In this document: positions 38,495 to 47,878 of the stretch, piece by piece | How the letters are laid out: the number at the start of each line of letters is the position of its first letter | Position numbering within the stretch: position 1 is the first letter of the stretch | Assembly (NCBI GenBank): GCA_965140415.1 | Contig: OZ223209.1 | Location: 4,096,001 to 4,160,000, forward strand | Source: Myxococcota bacterium | GTDB lineage: Bacteria > Myxococcota_A > SURF-8 | Direction of reading: 5' to 3' | DNA: 64,000 nt | The notes under the pieces: generated by a model | What the model was told of the DNA's origin: nothing | Database searches by the model: none | The model's input: only the letters and a program-made list of their open reading frames with translations | Made by a program: the position numbers and the translations under genes

Positions 38495-40543
38495 ATGAAA
38501 CTTAGAAGTATGCTACTTGTACTGACCATCTTCGTCGTTTTCGCAGGTTGCAGTGATGGTGAGGGTGCTAGCTCCAATACCGGAGATGATCGCCCTTGCG
38601 ATGCCGAACCCGAGATCCTGACCACGGAGGACGGCGTCGAATTCGTGCGCACCCCGGATTCATGCTTTGACAATCTACCAGACTGGCCGTATGAACCACA
38701 CTACGTAGAGATCGATGGGCTGCGACAGGCATATGTTGATGAAGGTCCGGCGGACGGCCCGGTGGTCTTGCTGCTGCACGGTCAGCCCTCATGGGCCTAC
38801 CTGTACCGCAAGATGATTCCGGTCCTCGTGGACGGTGGGTTCCGCGTCATCGCCATGGATCACTTGGGCATGGGACGTTCGGACAAGCCCATTGACATCG
38901 ATTACTACACCTACCTGCGCCACAACGAGCGTCTGCTAAGATTCATCCAGGAACTCGACCTGCGCGACATCAACCTTTTCGTGCAGGATTGGGGTAGCCT
39001 GATCGGTCTGCGTGTGGCCGGTCTGAATCCCGATCTGTTTGCTCGGATCGCCGTCGGCGACGGCATGCTACCGGTCTTCCCGGAAGGTGTTCAGCCTTTC
39101 CCGCCGGTCGAGAATCCAAACGAGATCGTGGATATGGAGCCACTTTTCGACCAGATGCCGGAGCAGCAGGTGCCGATGTACGATGGTTGCGAACCCTTGT
39201 CAGGGCTCGATCCGAGCTACTTCGGTAATTGGATGGAATACTCCATGAAAGCCAGATCCTTCCACGCCTCTGAGGTCGTCGAGGCCATGACTTGGTTCGA
39301 CCTGTCATCCGAGGTGGAAGCGGCCTATGACGCGCCGTTTCCCAACAGGATCTACATGGCCGGTCCGCGCAAGTTCCCGTCTTGTGTAAACGAGGTTCCG
39401 GGAACGACTGAGGAAGCTTGGGAAGGGCTTAAGTCATTTGAAAAACCATTTTTAGCGATCTGGGCCTCCAACGATCCGGGCAACCTGGGATCCTGCGAGG
39501 CGCAGCAGAATCTGGTCGATTCCATTCCGGGCGCGGCGGGACAACCCCATGACCGACTTGCCGAGGCCAGCCATTTCCTTCAGGACGATCAAGGGGCGGA
39601 GATCGCGCGACGCCTGGTCCCGTTCTACTCCGACCAAAGCGACCGCACCGATCAGAGTCAACGCGGATTCCGCTACTGCGAGATCCTATTGGGATACATG
39701 GTCGATGGTGAGTTGCGCGCCGAGGCATGGGGTACGCAGGGACTAAATCTCTGTCCTGCGGAACAATGGGAAGCGCTGGATCCCGACGCCATCCAAGAGC
39801 AATACGAGGCGGACGTCATTAGGATGAATGGCCCCCGCCAATGGATACCTGACGGTGGAAACGCTGAATTCCCGGATCGCGAACACCGCATGTATGGCGA
39901 TCTGGAAATGCAACTGCTTGCCACGATCATCGTGGACCCGGCGAACGCGACCGGTGCTCCCTACACTGAAGGCCGGGTCGAGCGGAGCACGGTCTACGAA
40001 TTCTGGTCCGGCTTCGAGACTTACGAGCTCGTTTCTCCAGACGGCTCGGTTTACATCATGCAGGCCATGTCACAGATCGTGGACCCGGACTTGACCATGG
40101 ATGACCTATCGACTCTGGGATCGCGCCTTGAGCTGCCTGATGGCTGGACATATCAGGTTAAGCGACGGATCACGGATCTTGAGTTGGTGATCGAAAGCGA
40201 AGCCATCATGATCCAGGACGAACTTCAGAACTCTTATCAGCGCATGAGCGAAGGCGAACCAGCCCAACAGTTGCCGGTGCTCGAAGACGGCACCGGGACG
40301 CCGTGTGCGAGCGATGCGGACTGCGAAGGCCTCGATGCGTCGCACTGTCTGGTTGCCAGTGGTCAAGGTTATTGTACGGTTGAAGGATGCGAGAGCGGCG
40401 CTTGCGGAACGCCTTACGTTTGCTGCTATGGCTGCAACGAGATGGCCGCTCCCATGCTGCCGTTCGAAGGATCGGCTTGCATTCCCGGTGAGGACGGCAT
40501 CACCAGTCTGCTCACCGGCCAGGCCGGTTGCACCTGCGATTGA
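38495..40543 (+). CDS. Lipoprotein haloalkane dehalogenase (DhlA-like) fused to an uncharacterised domain and a Cys-rich tail
   Basis: Lipobox FAGC; FVRTPD..F, HGQPSWAYLYRKMIP, GRSDKP, FVQDWGSLIG, AYDAPFP, SHFLQDD. Confidence 0.85.
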   Translation: MKLRSMLLVLTIFVVFAGCSDGEGASSNTGDDRPCDAEPEILTTEDGVEFVRTPDSCFDNLPDWPYEPHYVEIDGLRQAYVDEGPADGPVVLLLHGQPSWAYLYRKMIPVLVDGGFRVIAMDHLGMGRSDKPIDIDYYTYLRHNERLLRFIQELDLRDINLFVQDWGSLIGLRVAGLNPDLFARIAVGDGMLPVFPEGVQPFPPVENPNEIVDMEPLFDQMPEQQVPMYDGCEPLSGLDPSYFGNWMEYSMKARSFHASEVVEAMTWFDLSSEVEAAYDAPFPNRIYMAGPRKFPSCVNEVPGTTEEAWEGLKSFEKPFLAIWASNDPGNLGSCEAQQNLVDSIPGAAGQPHDRLAEASHFLQDDQGAEIARRLVPFYSDQSDRTDQSQRGFRYCEILLGYMVDGELRAEAWGTQGLNLCPAEQWEALDPDAIQEQYEADVIRMNGPRQWIPDGGNAEFPDREHRMYGDLEMQLLATIIVDPANATGAPYTEGRVERSTVYEFWSGFETYELVSPDGSVYIMQAMSQIVDPDLTMDDLSTLGSRLELPDGWTYQVKRRITDLELVIESEAIMIQDELQNSYQRMSEGEPAQQLPVLEDGTGTPCASDADCEGLDASHCLVASGQGYCTVEGCESGACGTPYVCCYGCNEMAAPMLPFEGSACIPGEDGITSLLTGQAGCTCD

Positions 40544-40557
40544 GAATGGAGGAACCC

Positions 40558-41922
40558 ATGAAACACCTGAATATCCTGCTGCTCCTGGCTGTCTGCCTGG
40601 CCTTTGCCGCTTGCAGCACTGACAATAGTGACGCCGTGACAGACGGAGATATCGACAACGAAAATGTAATTGATGGCGACATGTCGGAAACTGACAGTGA
40701 TGTCGAAACGACACCGCCTCTGGAGCTCACAACCGACTTGTGCGACGACCCGAGCAACCTGCAGGCCGTGATGGAGGCCTTACAGAACAGTGGGGGCGGA
40801 GGCATGTTCGGCGGAGGCATGTTCGGCGGCGCCAACCAGGAGCAGTTCGAACGTATGATGGCGGCACCGACCGATGGTCCTTTCTACATGTTCAACCTGC
40901 TCCGCTATCGCGAGTGGGCCGAGTATTCCGACGGACGGGAGACCGATCTGACCGGGCGCGAGGCGAACGCTCTCTATTCTCCTGTGGAGTTTCTTGAGGC
41001 AATCGGCGCCCGGCCCGTCTACATGACCGAGATTCACGACCAGATTGATGGCAATGACATTTTCTGGGACGAAATCGCAATCGTGGAGTACCCGTGCCCA
41101 CTGGCTTTCTTCGCCATGTTGTCGCAACCTGAGTTCCAAGCCCGAGCCGTGCATAAAGAAGCGGGGGTAGAGAAAACCATCGCCATCGTCACAGATCTGG
41201 TGCCGATTCCCCCTCCCGCTGACCCGGACCAGTCCGAGGCGGCCTTCCCGCCGGCCGCCGATGACCCGGCCTTCGACCTGATCCACGTGATGGACTTCCA
41301 CGACATCGCCCATTACGAAGAAGGAGCAGACGAACCCGAGCGGACGGGGAGAGAGGCCTGGGAGATGTATCAGGCCAGCGGCCAGGGCGCTTCGTCTGAA
41401 CTCGGTCACTATCCTACCGCCATCCTGGAGATTCAGGGTGTGTTTACAGGAGACGAACGCAGCTGGGACCAGATTCAGATGATTCACATGTCGAGTATGG
41501 AGGGTTTCCAGGTCCTGCTCGACGACGACACCCGTGAGGCTGGCCGCTACCATCGCTATGCGGCCTTGCAGCATAACTATTCGATGATCACCTTCCCGAC
41601 TCTCTCACAGATACCGTACGCAGGCGACGACTCGGGCGGTGATGGTCCCATGCCGGTCACTGACGACGGTACTGGCACCCTATGCCAGACAGACGACGAC
41701 TGCCCCGGTGATGGCGTTGACAAATGCCTCACGGATGGCGGCGCAGGAGGATTCTGCACCAGGGAAGGTTGCGGTGCAGGCGAATGCGAATCCCCATACC
41801 TCTGCTGTCATGATTGCAGCGAGATGGTGGCTGACATGCTCCCGTTCGAGGGTTCCGCCTGTCTGCCCGGTGATATGACAGGTCAGCTCACCGTTGCACC
41901 GGTTTCGTGCACATGCGACTGA
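40558..41922 (+). CDS. Lipoprotein with two DUF1330-like alpha/beta-barrel domains and a Cys-rich tail
   Basis: GGAGG RBS, lipobox FAAC; GPFYMFNLLRYR..TGREA..WDEIAIVEYP, with a second copy TGREAW..WDQIQMIH; tail ends CTCD. Confidence 0.72.
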   Translation: MKHLNILLLLAVCLAFAACSTDNSDAVTDGDIDNENVIDGDMSETDSDVETTPPLELTTDLCDDPSNLQAVMEALQNSGGGGMFGGGMFGGANQEQFERMMAAPTDGPFYMFNLLRYREWAEYSDGRETDLTGREANALYSPVEFLEAIGARPVYMTEIHDQIDGNDIFWDEIAIVEYPCPLAFFAMLSQPEFQARAVHKEAGVEKTIAIVTDLVPIPPPADPDQSEAAFPPAADDPAFDLIHVMDFHDIAHYEEGADEPERTGREAWEMYQASGQGASSELGHYPTAILEIQGVFTGDERSWDQIQMIHMSSMEGFQVLLDDDTREAGRYHRYAALQHNYSMITFPTLSQIPYAGDDSGGDGPMPVTDDGTGTLCQTDDDCPGDGVDKCLTDGGAGGFCTREGCGAGECESPYLCCHDCSEMVADMLPFEGSACLPGDMTGQLTVAPVSCTCD

Positions 41923-41945
41923 TAGAGAGGAGCATATATAGAACA

Positions 41946-42545
41946 ATGAAATACACAAACCTGAAAGCGATCCTTTTCATCTGTGTATTCGTGGCGATGG
42001 TTATATTCATCTCTCCACAAACCGATGCTCAGGAACCCTTATCTGAGCGGGAAACGTTCACCGGAACATGGGTGAATGCTGAAAATGTGGAGGAGGAAGA
42101 GAAACGCCAGCGAGCGATCAAGAAACTGACCAACGATATGCCGGGCATCATGCGCCGAATAGCCAAAAAGCGTTTGGATGAGCGAACGACCCCGCCAAAA
42201 GAGATAGGAATCAAAGTCGTGGAGGATCGGGTTGAGTTCATGCTGGATAACAATACGATCTCACTCCAGTTTGGCGCGAAACCGATTACGGTCAAGAGAA
42301 ATGGGAATCAGGGAAAGGTGTCCGCCCGATTTGATGATGGGAAAATCGTGGTGACGTCTGTAGGAAATAATGGTAAGCGCACGACGACCTATACACTTTC
42401 GGAGGATATGGAAACGCTAACCAGATCGCTCCACATGAAAGGTGACCGGCTCCCACGTGCGCTTGTCTGCCAGGCAACGTATCGGCAAAAACCGGATACA
42501 GCGAAACAGGACGCGCCAAAGCAGTCAGCTAATGGAGAAGAATGA
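41946..42545 (+). CDS. Hypothetical exported protein
   Basis: Signal peptide, FTGTW motif, beta-rich; in the operon. Confidence 0.65.
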   Translation: MKYTNLKAILFICVFVAMVIFISPQTDAQEPLSERETFTGTWVNAENVEEEEKRQRAIKKLTNDMPGIMRRIAKKRLDERTTPPKEIGIKVVEDRVEFMLDNNTISLQFGAKPITVKRNGNQGKVSARFDDGKIVVTSVGNNGKRTTTYTLSEDMETLTRSLHMKGDRLPRALVCQATYRQKPDTAKQDAPKQSANGEE

Positions 42546-43804
42546 TGATCCAGTCTCGAAACCGCTCGCATGCAATCTCGATCTTGCTCGTCCTCATGCA
42601 GATAGTCGGATTCGGCGTTTTCGGATGCGACGATCCCAATAACGCTGATGCGGGTGACCATGGCCCCATCGATGGCGATACGACGATAGACGGCGACAGC
42701 GTTGAAGACGGCGATACCGATCCGGATGGGAACGAGAACGACGACTCCCTGACCACCGACTGCGCCGGGCCGCTTCCTGTCGGCGAAACACCTCCGTCTC
42801 CGGCCGCTGATTGCGACAACCTGGACGCCATCATTTATCAGGGCGTGAAACAGCAGATCGCAGCCGGCCAGGAGGCAGCCGCCGCCGTTCGAGAGCAACT
42901 GCTCGACCCCGGAACCATCACAGTCGTTCTCTGCGGCACCGGATCGCCTTTTCCCACGCCGCGTGCGGAATCCTGCACGGCGGTGTTCGTGGGCGGCAAA
43001 TTCCTGCTCTTCGACGCAGGTAACGGGGCGGTTCAGTCCATGCTCAATGAGAACCTTCCACTGGCCGACCTGGACGCGCTGTTCTTGACCCATTTCCATT
43101 CCGACCATATGGCCGAAGTGGGCAACGTCGTGAGTACAAGTTGGATCCTCGGACGCCAAGGGCCGTTGCCGGTCTACGGCGGCGAAGGGTTGTCACGCAT
43201 CGTCGGCGGCTTCAATCGGCTGTATGCGCTGGATGAGACCTATAGAAGAGCACATCACGGAGAGGGTGTCTTCCCACCCGGAACGGAAGGCGCGAGCGAA
43301 CACCTGATCGCTCCTCCTGATGTAACAGGAAGCATTGTCTACGACAAGGACGGCATCGTCGTGAAAGCCTACCCGCTGGATCATTCGCCCGTCGAACCGG
43401 CCTTTGGCTATCGCATCGAATACCAAGGGCGCGTTGTGGCCATCAGCGGCGATTCGCTGCTCGTCGATGGCTTGCGAAACCTGGCGCAGGGAGCCGATAT
43501 TCTGGTTGGGGATGCCATGAACAAGGCCGCCGTCGAAGCGATGGAATGCGCCTTCAAAGACCTCGGCGACGAACGTAACGAATCGGTCATACGGGATATC
43601 CGAACCTATCACCTCGACATATCGGAACTGGCGCAGCTGGCTGAAGAAGCGAACGTGAAGACCCTGGCGCTCACCCACATGGTGCCCGGCGCGGACAACG
43701 AGATGCTGATGGGTATGCTGTTCGAAGATCCGGTGACGGCCATCTTCAGCGGGGAATTGCTCATCGCCAATGATGGTGATCGGGTGAGTTTATCCTTGGA
43801 TTGA
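42542..43804 (+). CDS. RNase Z/AtsA-like MBL-fold hydrolase lipoprotein (paralog of the 35514 N-domain)
   Basis: Lipobox VFGC; LCGTGSP, LFDAG, THFHSDH, ISGDS, LTHMVP. Confidence 0.87.
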   Translation: MMIQSRNRSHAISILLVLMQIVGFGVFGCDDPNNADAGDHGPIDGDTTIDGDSVEDGDTDPDGNENDDSLTTDCAGPLPVGETPPSPAADCDNLDAIIYQGVKQQIAAGQEAAAAVREQLLDPGTITVVLCGTGSPFPTPRAESCTAVFVGGKFLLFDAGNGAVQSMLNENLPLADLDALFLTHFHSDHMAEVGNVVSTSWILGRQGPLPVYGGEGLSRIVGGFNRLYALDETYRRAHHGEGVFPPGTEGASEHLIAPPDVTGSIVYDKDGIVVKAYPLDHSPVEPAFGYRIEYQGRVVAISGDSLLVDGLRNLAQGADILVGDAMNKAAVEAMECAFKDLGDERNESVIRDIRTYHLDISELAQLAEEANVKTLALTHMVPGADNEMLMGMLFEDPVTAIFSGELLIANDGDRVSLSLD

Positions 43805-43862
43805 GGCGATCGACACTCGCTGGTAGAATATCTCGATTGAACTCCATTTGTTGTGCAATCGC

Positions 43863-43918
43863 TTGACATTTTCGCCTGCTAGTATACTCTTGGTTTAACA
43901 ACTAAACTTGGAGTCTAT
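43863..43918 (+). promoter_or_regulatory. Candidate sigma70 promoter and TetR operator
   Basis: TTGACA at 43863, TATACT at 43883 (short 14-bp spacer); nested inverted repeat TATACTC..GTTTA-acaac-TAAAC..GAGTCTA. Confidence 0.4.
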
Positions 43919-43919
43919 A

Positions 43920-44573
43920 ATGGGATGTCAAGAAAGACGTGGACGGGAGATTCAAGAGAGAAAACAAAGCATTATGAAATGCAGCCAGAAGCTCTTCGAA
44001 GAGAAAGGATTCACTGGAGCGACCATGGATGACATAGCCGCCGAAGCAGATTTAACGAAAGCCACGGTCTATAAATATTTCTGTTCCAAGCAAGAATTGC
44101 TTGGTTCGTTGTTACTCACGAATATGAGAACTTTGATCGAGTGGTTTGCCGAAACAGATCGAAAGCACACGGAGCCACTTGAAAAGCTCAACGCTTTCGG
44201 TGAGATTTTCATCCATTTCATGCGTAGCGAAGTTCCAAACTCCATTGGCTCCTACCTTCTGCACCTCGATTTCAATAGCGCCAACATGTCCGAAGCCTTG
44301 CGAATGGAGTTGCGCGAGCATCTGGCAATGCTCTTCGCCCAGGTCCGGAAGTTGATCGACGATGGCGTCCAGAAAAAGATTTTCAAGAAGGACTTCGATG
44401 CCACCCGGATGTCGCTGGTGATCTGGGGAGCGACGATCGGTATCCAGGTATTGAGCGCTAAGCTGACGCCGCATATCTTGCCGGACTTCGGTGAAGATGT
44501 GTTCAATGAAGTGTTGAAACTGATGCCCACGGGCCTTCTGGAGTCTGCAGGGCGATCGAACGATCTCGGTTGA
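43920..44573 (+). CDS. TetR/AcrR-family regulator
   Basis: LFEEKGFTGATMDDIAAEADLTKATVYKYFCSKQEL. Confidence 0.9.
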   Translation: MGCQERRGREIQERKQSIMKCSQKLFEEKGFTGATMDDIAAEADLTKATVYKYFCSKQELLGSLLLTNMRTLIEWFAETDRKHTEPLEKLNAFGEIFIHFMRSEVPNSIGSYLLHLDFNSANMSEALRMELREHLAMLFAQVRKLIDDGVQKKIFKKDFDATRMSLVIWGATIGIQVLSAKLTPHILPDFGEDVFNEVLKLMPTGLLESAGRSNDLG

Positions 44574-44607
44574 TGCACCGGATTACAATCGCCATAGGAG
44601 GAATAAC

Positions 44608-46170
44608 ATGAAGAATCTTTCAAGACGTTGCTTTCTAGGTATGACAGCGGCTTCACTAGGCACTGTGGCGATTGCAGGGTGCGGTTCGGCCGCCTCCAGT
44701 TTACCAAAGGGAGATGCCGATTCCGATACACCGGATGGCGACACCACGGATTCGGAAAGCGTTTGCGCGGGTCCGAATGACCTTCCCGTCCTCGCGGAGA
44801 CGGACGTGTTAGTAGTGGGCGGCGGTCCGGCAGGTATGGCTGCGGCGATTGCCGCCAGTCGTGCCGGAGCGGAAACCATGCTGGTCGAACGCTACGGATT
44901 TTACGGCGGCGTCATAACCCAGTCCATCATGGGTTCCATTACCTGGTGGCGATATGCCGAAACGGTATCCGCTGGAGGCGTCTGCTCCGAAATCGAGGCG
45001 AAAGCCAAGGAAATGGGCGGCAGCATCAATCTGCTGGAGGCCATCGACAATCCAAGCGTACAGGACATGCTCTATGAACAGGCCGAGGCGAATGGGCTGA
45101 TCGTGGATGGTGAGCCCACCTATGAAATCCTAAAGTCGGAGATGTTCAAGATCGTTGCTGATACCCTCGTTTTGGACGCGGGCGTGGAGCCGCTGCTTCA
45201 CTGTTCGGTGGTTGGCGCTCTTATGGACGGCGACAAGATTGCGGGTGTCATCACCGAGAGCAAATCCGGCCGCCAGGCGATTCGCGCCAAACGGGTGATC
45301 GACGCCTCCGGCGATGCGGATGTGGCGGCTTTTTCGGGCGCGCCGTTTACGAAAGCCGACAAGGACAAACTCATGGAGGTAACCACCAACTTCTCAGTGG
45401 CCAACGTAGATTTGATGGCCCTGATGACCTACATCGTACTTGAAAACCGCACCATGGCGGACTGGATCGACCGTGATTGCGGTAAAGAAAAGAATATGTT
45501 TAGTACGCATTTCTTCCGTGCGTTCGAGGAAGCGGCGGCGGCAGGAGAGATCCCTGGCGACGTCGAGTTGCGCGCCTTTCCGGGCGGCTTCACGTCTCCG
45601 GGCAACGTCCTTTCGCTCAATGCGGTGCATCTGCATGGCGTCGATCCGACGAACGTCATGGATCTGACACATGCGGAAATCGAAGGCCGCAGGCGCGTGC
45701 TGATGGCGATGGATGTTTTAAAAAAGCGCGTGCCGGGCTTCAAGGACGCCGAACTCACGATGATCGGCGCGTCGCTGGGTTGCCGGGAGTCGCGCAAAAT
45801 CGAGGCCGAATACCGGATCACGGAGCAGGAGGTGATGAACCAGGGGACTTTTCAAGACAGCATCGGCATCTTCCCGGAATTCATCGACGGCTACAAAGTC
45901 TTGTGTCTGCCCACCACTGGGCGTTACTTCCAGGTTCCCTATCGAATCATTGTGCCGCAAAAGATCGAAAACCTGCTCGTCGCCGGTCGCTCCGTATCCA
46001 GCGATCGCATCGCCCACGGTGCTGTCCGACAGATGGGCTGCTGCATGGTCACGGGGCAGGGAGCGGGTGTGGCGGCGGCGCTTTCGCTAAAGGAGAGCTG
46101 CACCTGCAGGGAGATGGACATCACCAAGATACAAAACGAACTGGCCCGTCAAAACGTGCGGATTGGTTAG
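44608..46170 (+). CDS. Tat-exported (lipo)protein FAD-dependent oxidoreductase
   Basis: SRRCFLG..IAGC; DVLVVGGGPAG, VIDASGDADVA, RESRKI, NLLVAGR. Confidence 0.87.
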   Translation: MKNLSRRCFLGMTAASLGTVAIAGCGSAASSLPKGDADSDTPDGDTTDSESVCAGPNDLPVLAETDVLVVGGGPAGMAAAIAASRAGAETMLVERYGFYGGVITQSIMGSITWWRYAETVSAGGVCSEIEAKAKEMGGSINLLEAIDNPSVQDMLYEQAEANGLIVDGEPTYEILKSEMFKIVADTLVLDAGVEPLLHCSVVGALMDGDKIAGVITESKSGRQAIRAKRVIDASGDADVAAFSGAPFTKADKDKLMEVTTNFSVANVDLMALMTYIVLENRTMADWIDRDCGKEKNMFSTHFFRAFEEAAAAGEIPGDVELRAFPGGFTSPGNVLSLNAVHLHGVDPTNVMDLTHAEIEGRRRVLMAMDVLKKRVPGFKDAELTMIGASLGCRESRKIEAEYRITEQEVMNQGTFQDSIGIFPEFIDGYKVLCLPTTGRYFQVPYRIIVPQKIENLLVAGRSVSSDRIAHGAVRQMGCCMVTGQGAGVAAALSLKESCTCREMDITKIQNELARQNVRIG

Positions 46171-46219
46171 AATCAGTCGCGCCATGTGCGCCAAAGCTTC
46201 TTTGTTGGAGAAACAAGAA

Positions 46220-47809
46220 ATGAACGTACATTTCAAATGGTTACCTGCCGTGATTCTGGCCATTGTGTTCACTTGCATCGCTTGTTCGGAAACCAACGAT
46301 CCGGGAGAAACGGATGGAGATATTCCTCCGGACGGCGACGAGGATGTGGATTTCGATGCGTCGGAGGGTGACGTACCCGAGGCTGAAGAAAAACCCGAGC
46401 CGGAATCCACGCTTGCTTGGCTGTATGCCCGCAGCGGCGAACACCCAGGCATCTTCGACGATGACGGACGCCAATGGCTCTTGCGCGGGGTGAACTTCAA
46501 TCACCTGGGCGACTATTGGCAGGTGCATCCCTCCCTGCCCACCGTGGCCGAACTCAGCGACGAAGACTGGGACGACGCCGCTTACTACGGCGCGAACGTC
46601 ATCCGTCTAGTGACGACCTGGTCTTTTTGGCAGCCGGAAAGAGACACCTTTAACGAAGAGTATTTGGAGCGTGTCCGGGCCGCCATCAAGGAGGCCAACG
46701 AGCGCGAGATGTACGTGGTGATCGACATGCACCAGGACGCCTGGTCCAAGTTCGTGTTCACACCGGCGGATGAAGTTTGCCCGGAAGGGACGAATCACCA
46801 GAAGGGTTGGGACGGCGCACCGGAGTGGGCGACATTCACGGACGATCAACCAACCTGCACGCCAGGACGCCGCGAGGAAAGCCCGTCCGTCATTCGCGCT
46901 TGGACGAACTTCTATGACAATCGGGAAGGCATCCGGGATGAACTGGTGCGCGTCTGGGCGCGCATCGCCAGGGAGTTCGCCCATCATTCCGGCGTAGCGG
47001 GCTTTGATCTCATCAACGAACCGGGTGAGGGCGAGGATAACACTCGTGAAGGTCTGACCACGTTCTACCGCAGCGCCATCGACGTCATCCGCGAAGCCGA
47101 GGCCGAAGTTGGTGGTCGTGGCCATATCATTATCTTTGAACCCAGCGCGCATGCGGTCTTGCCTGATTTCGACCTGCACGACGACCCGCAACTTGTCTTT
47201 GGCGCCCACAATTACTTCGGGATGATTCACTCCAGTGAAGATTTGCTGGAAGATTCCTTCGGACTCTATGCCTGGCTTGCCGAGCAGTACGGAGGCCGGA
47301 CTGTATGGATCGGTGAATACGGCGCGTTTGGCGATGAGGAGCGAAACACCGAATATATGACGAAATACGCCGCCTACGAAGACGCCATTCCCGGTTCCGG
47401 CGGGACCTGGTGGCAGTGGGCGCAGCGCTGCGGCGATCCGCACAACGTGCAGCAGCCACCGACCAAGGAGTGGCTTGAAGAGAAACAGGCGTCCTGCGAT
47501 GACGAATCCTATACGCGGCGCTACTCGGATCCACCCGCCAAATGTATGGACCGCGCCTTTCCGCGCGCCGTACCGGGACGGCTGGTGTCGATCGGGGAAG
47601 GTGCTTGCGACGGCTATCTCTCCGTGACCGGGGAAACCGACACATCGGGTGAAGCGGAATTGTGGTATCCGTCAGCAACCGAGACGGAGCCCACGGTCAG
47701 CGGAGAGAACATCGGATCGGTCACGCTGAACAAGGTCCCCGGAGGGTGGCGAGTCATCGCCACGGTTTCCAGCGCATACAGTATCAACGTGAGTATGGCA
47801 TCAAAGTAA
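46220..47809 (+). CDS. GH5 endoglycoceramidase-like lipoprotein
   Basis: Lipobox CIAC; DDDGRQWLLRGVN, DMHQDAWSK, DGAPEWA, acid/base DLINEP, nucleophile IGEYG. Confidence 0.83.
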   Translation: MNVHFKWLPAVILAIVFTCIACSETNDPGETDGDIPPDGDEDVDFDASEGDVPEAEEKPEPESTLAWLYARSGEHPGIFDDDGRQWLLRGVNFNHLGDYWQVHPSLPTVAELSDEDWDDAAYYGANVIRLVTTWSFWQPERDTFNEEYLERVRAAIKEANEREMYVVIDMHQDAWSKFVFTPADEVCPEGTNHQKGWDGAPEWATFTDDQPTCTPGRREESPSVIRAWTNFYDNREGIRDELVRVWARIAREFAHHSGVAGFDLINEPGEGEDNTREGLTTFYRSAIDVIREAEAEVGGRGHIIIFEPSAHAVLPDFDLHDDPQLVFGAHNYFGMIHSSEDLLEDSFGLYAWLAEQYGGRTVWIGEYGAFGDEERNTEYMTKYAAYEDAIPGSGGTWWQWAQRCGDPHNVQQPPTKEWLEEKQASCDDESYTRRYSDPPAKCMDRAFPRAVPGRLVSIGEGACDGYLSVTGETDTSGEAELWYPSATETEPTVSGENIGSVTLNKVPGGWRVIATVSSAYSINVSMASK

Positions 47810-47878
47810 TCGCTAACGACGATCAAACATAGGATAGGCGACAGAGATAGTTGGTCCGCTTCAAGAATTGGAGGGTAT

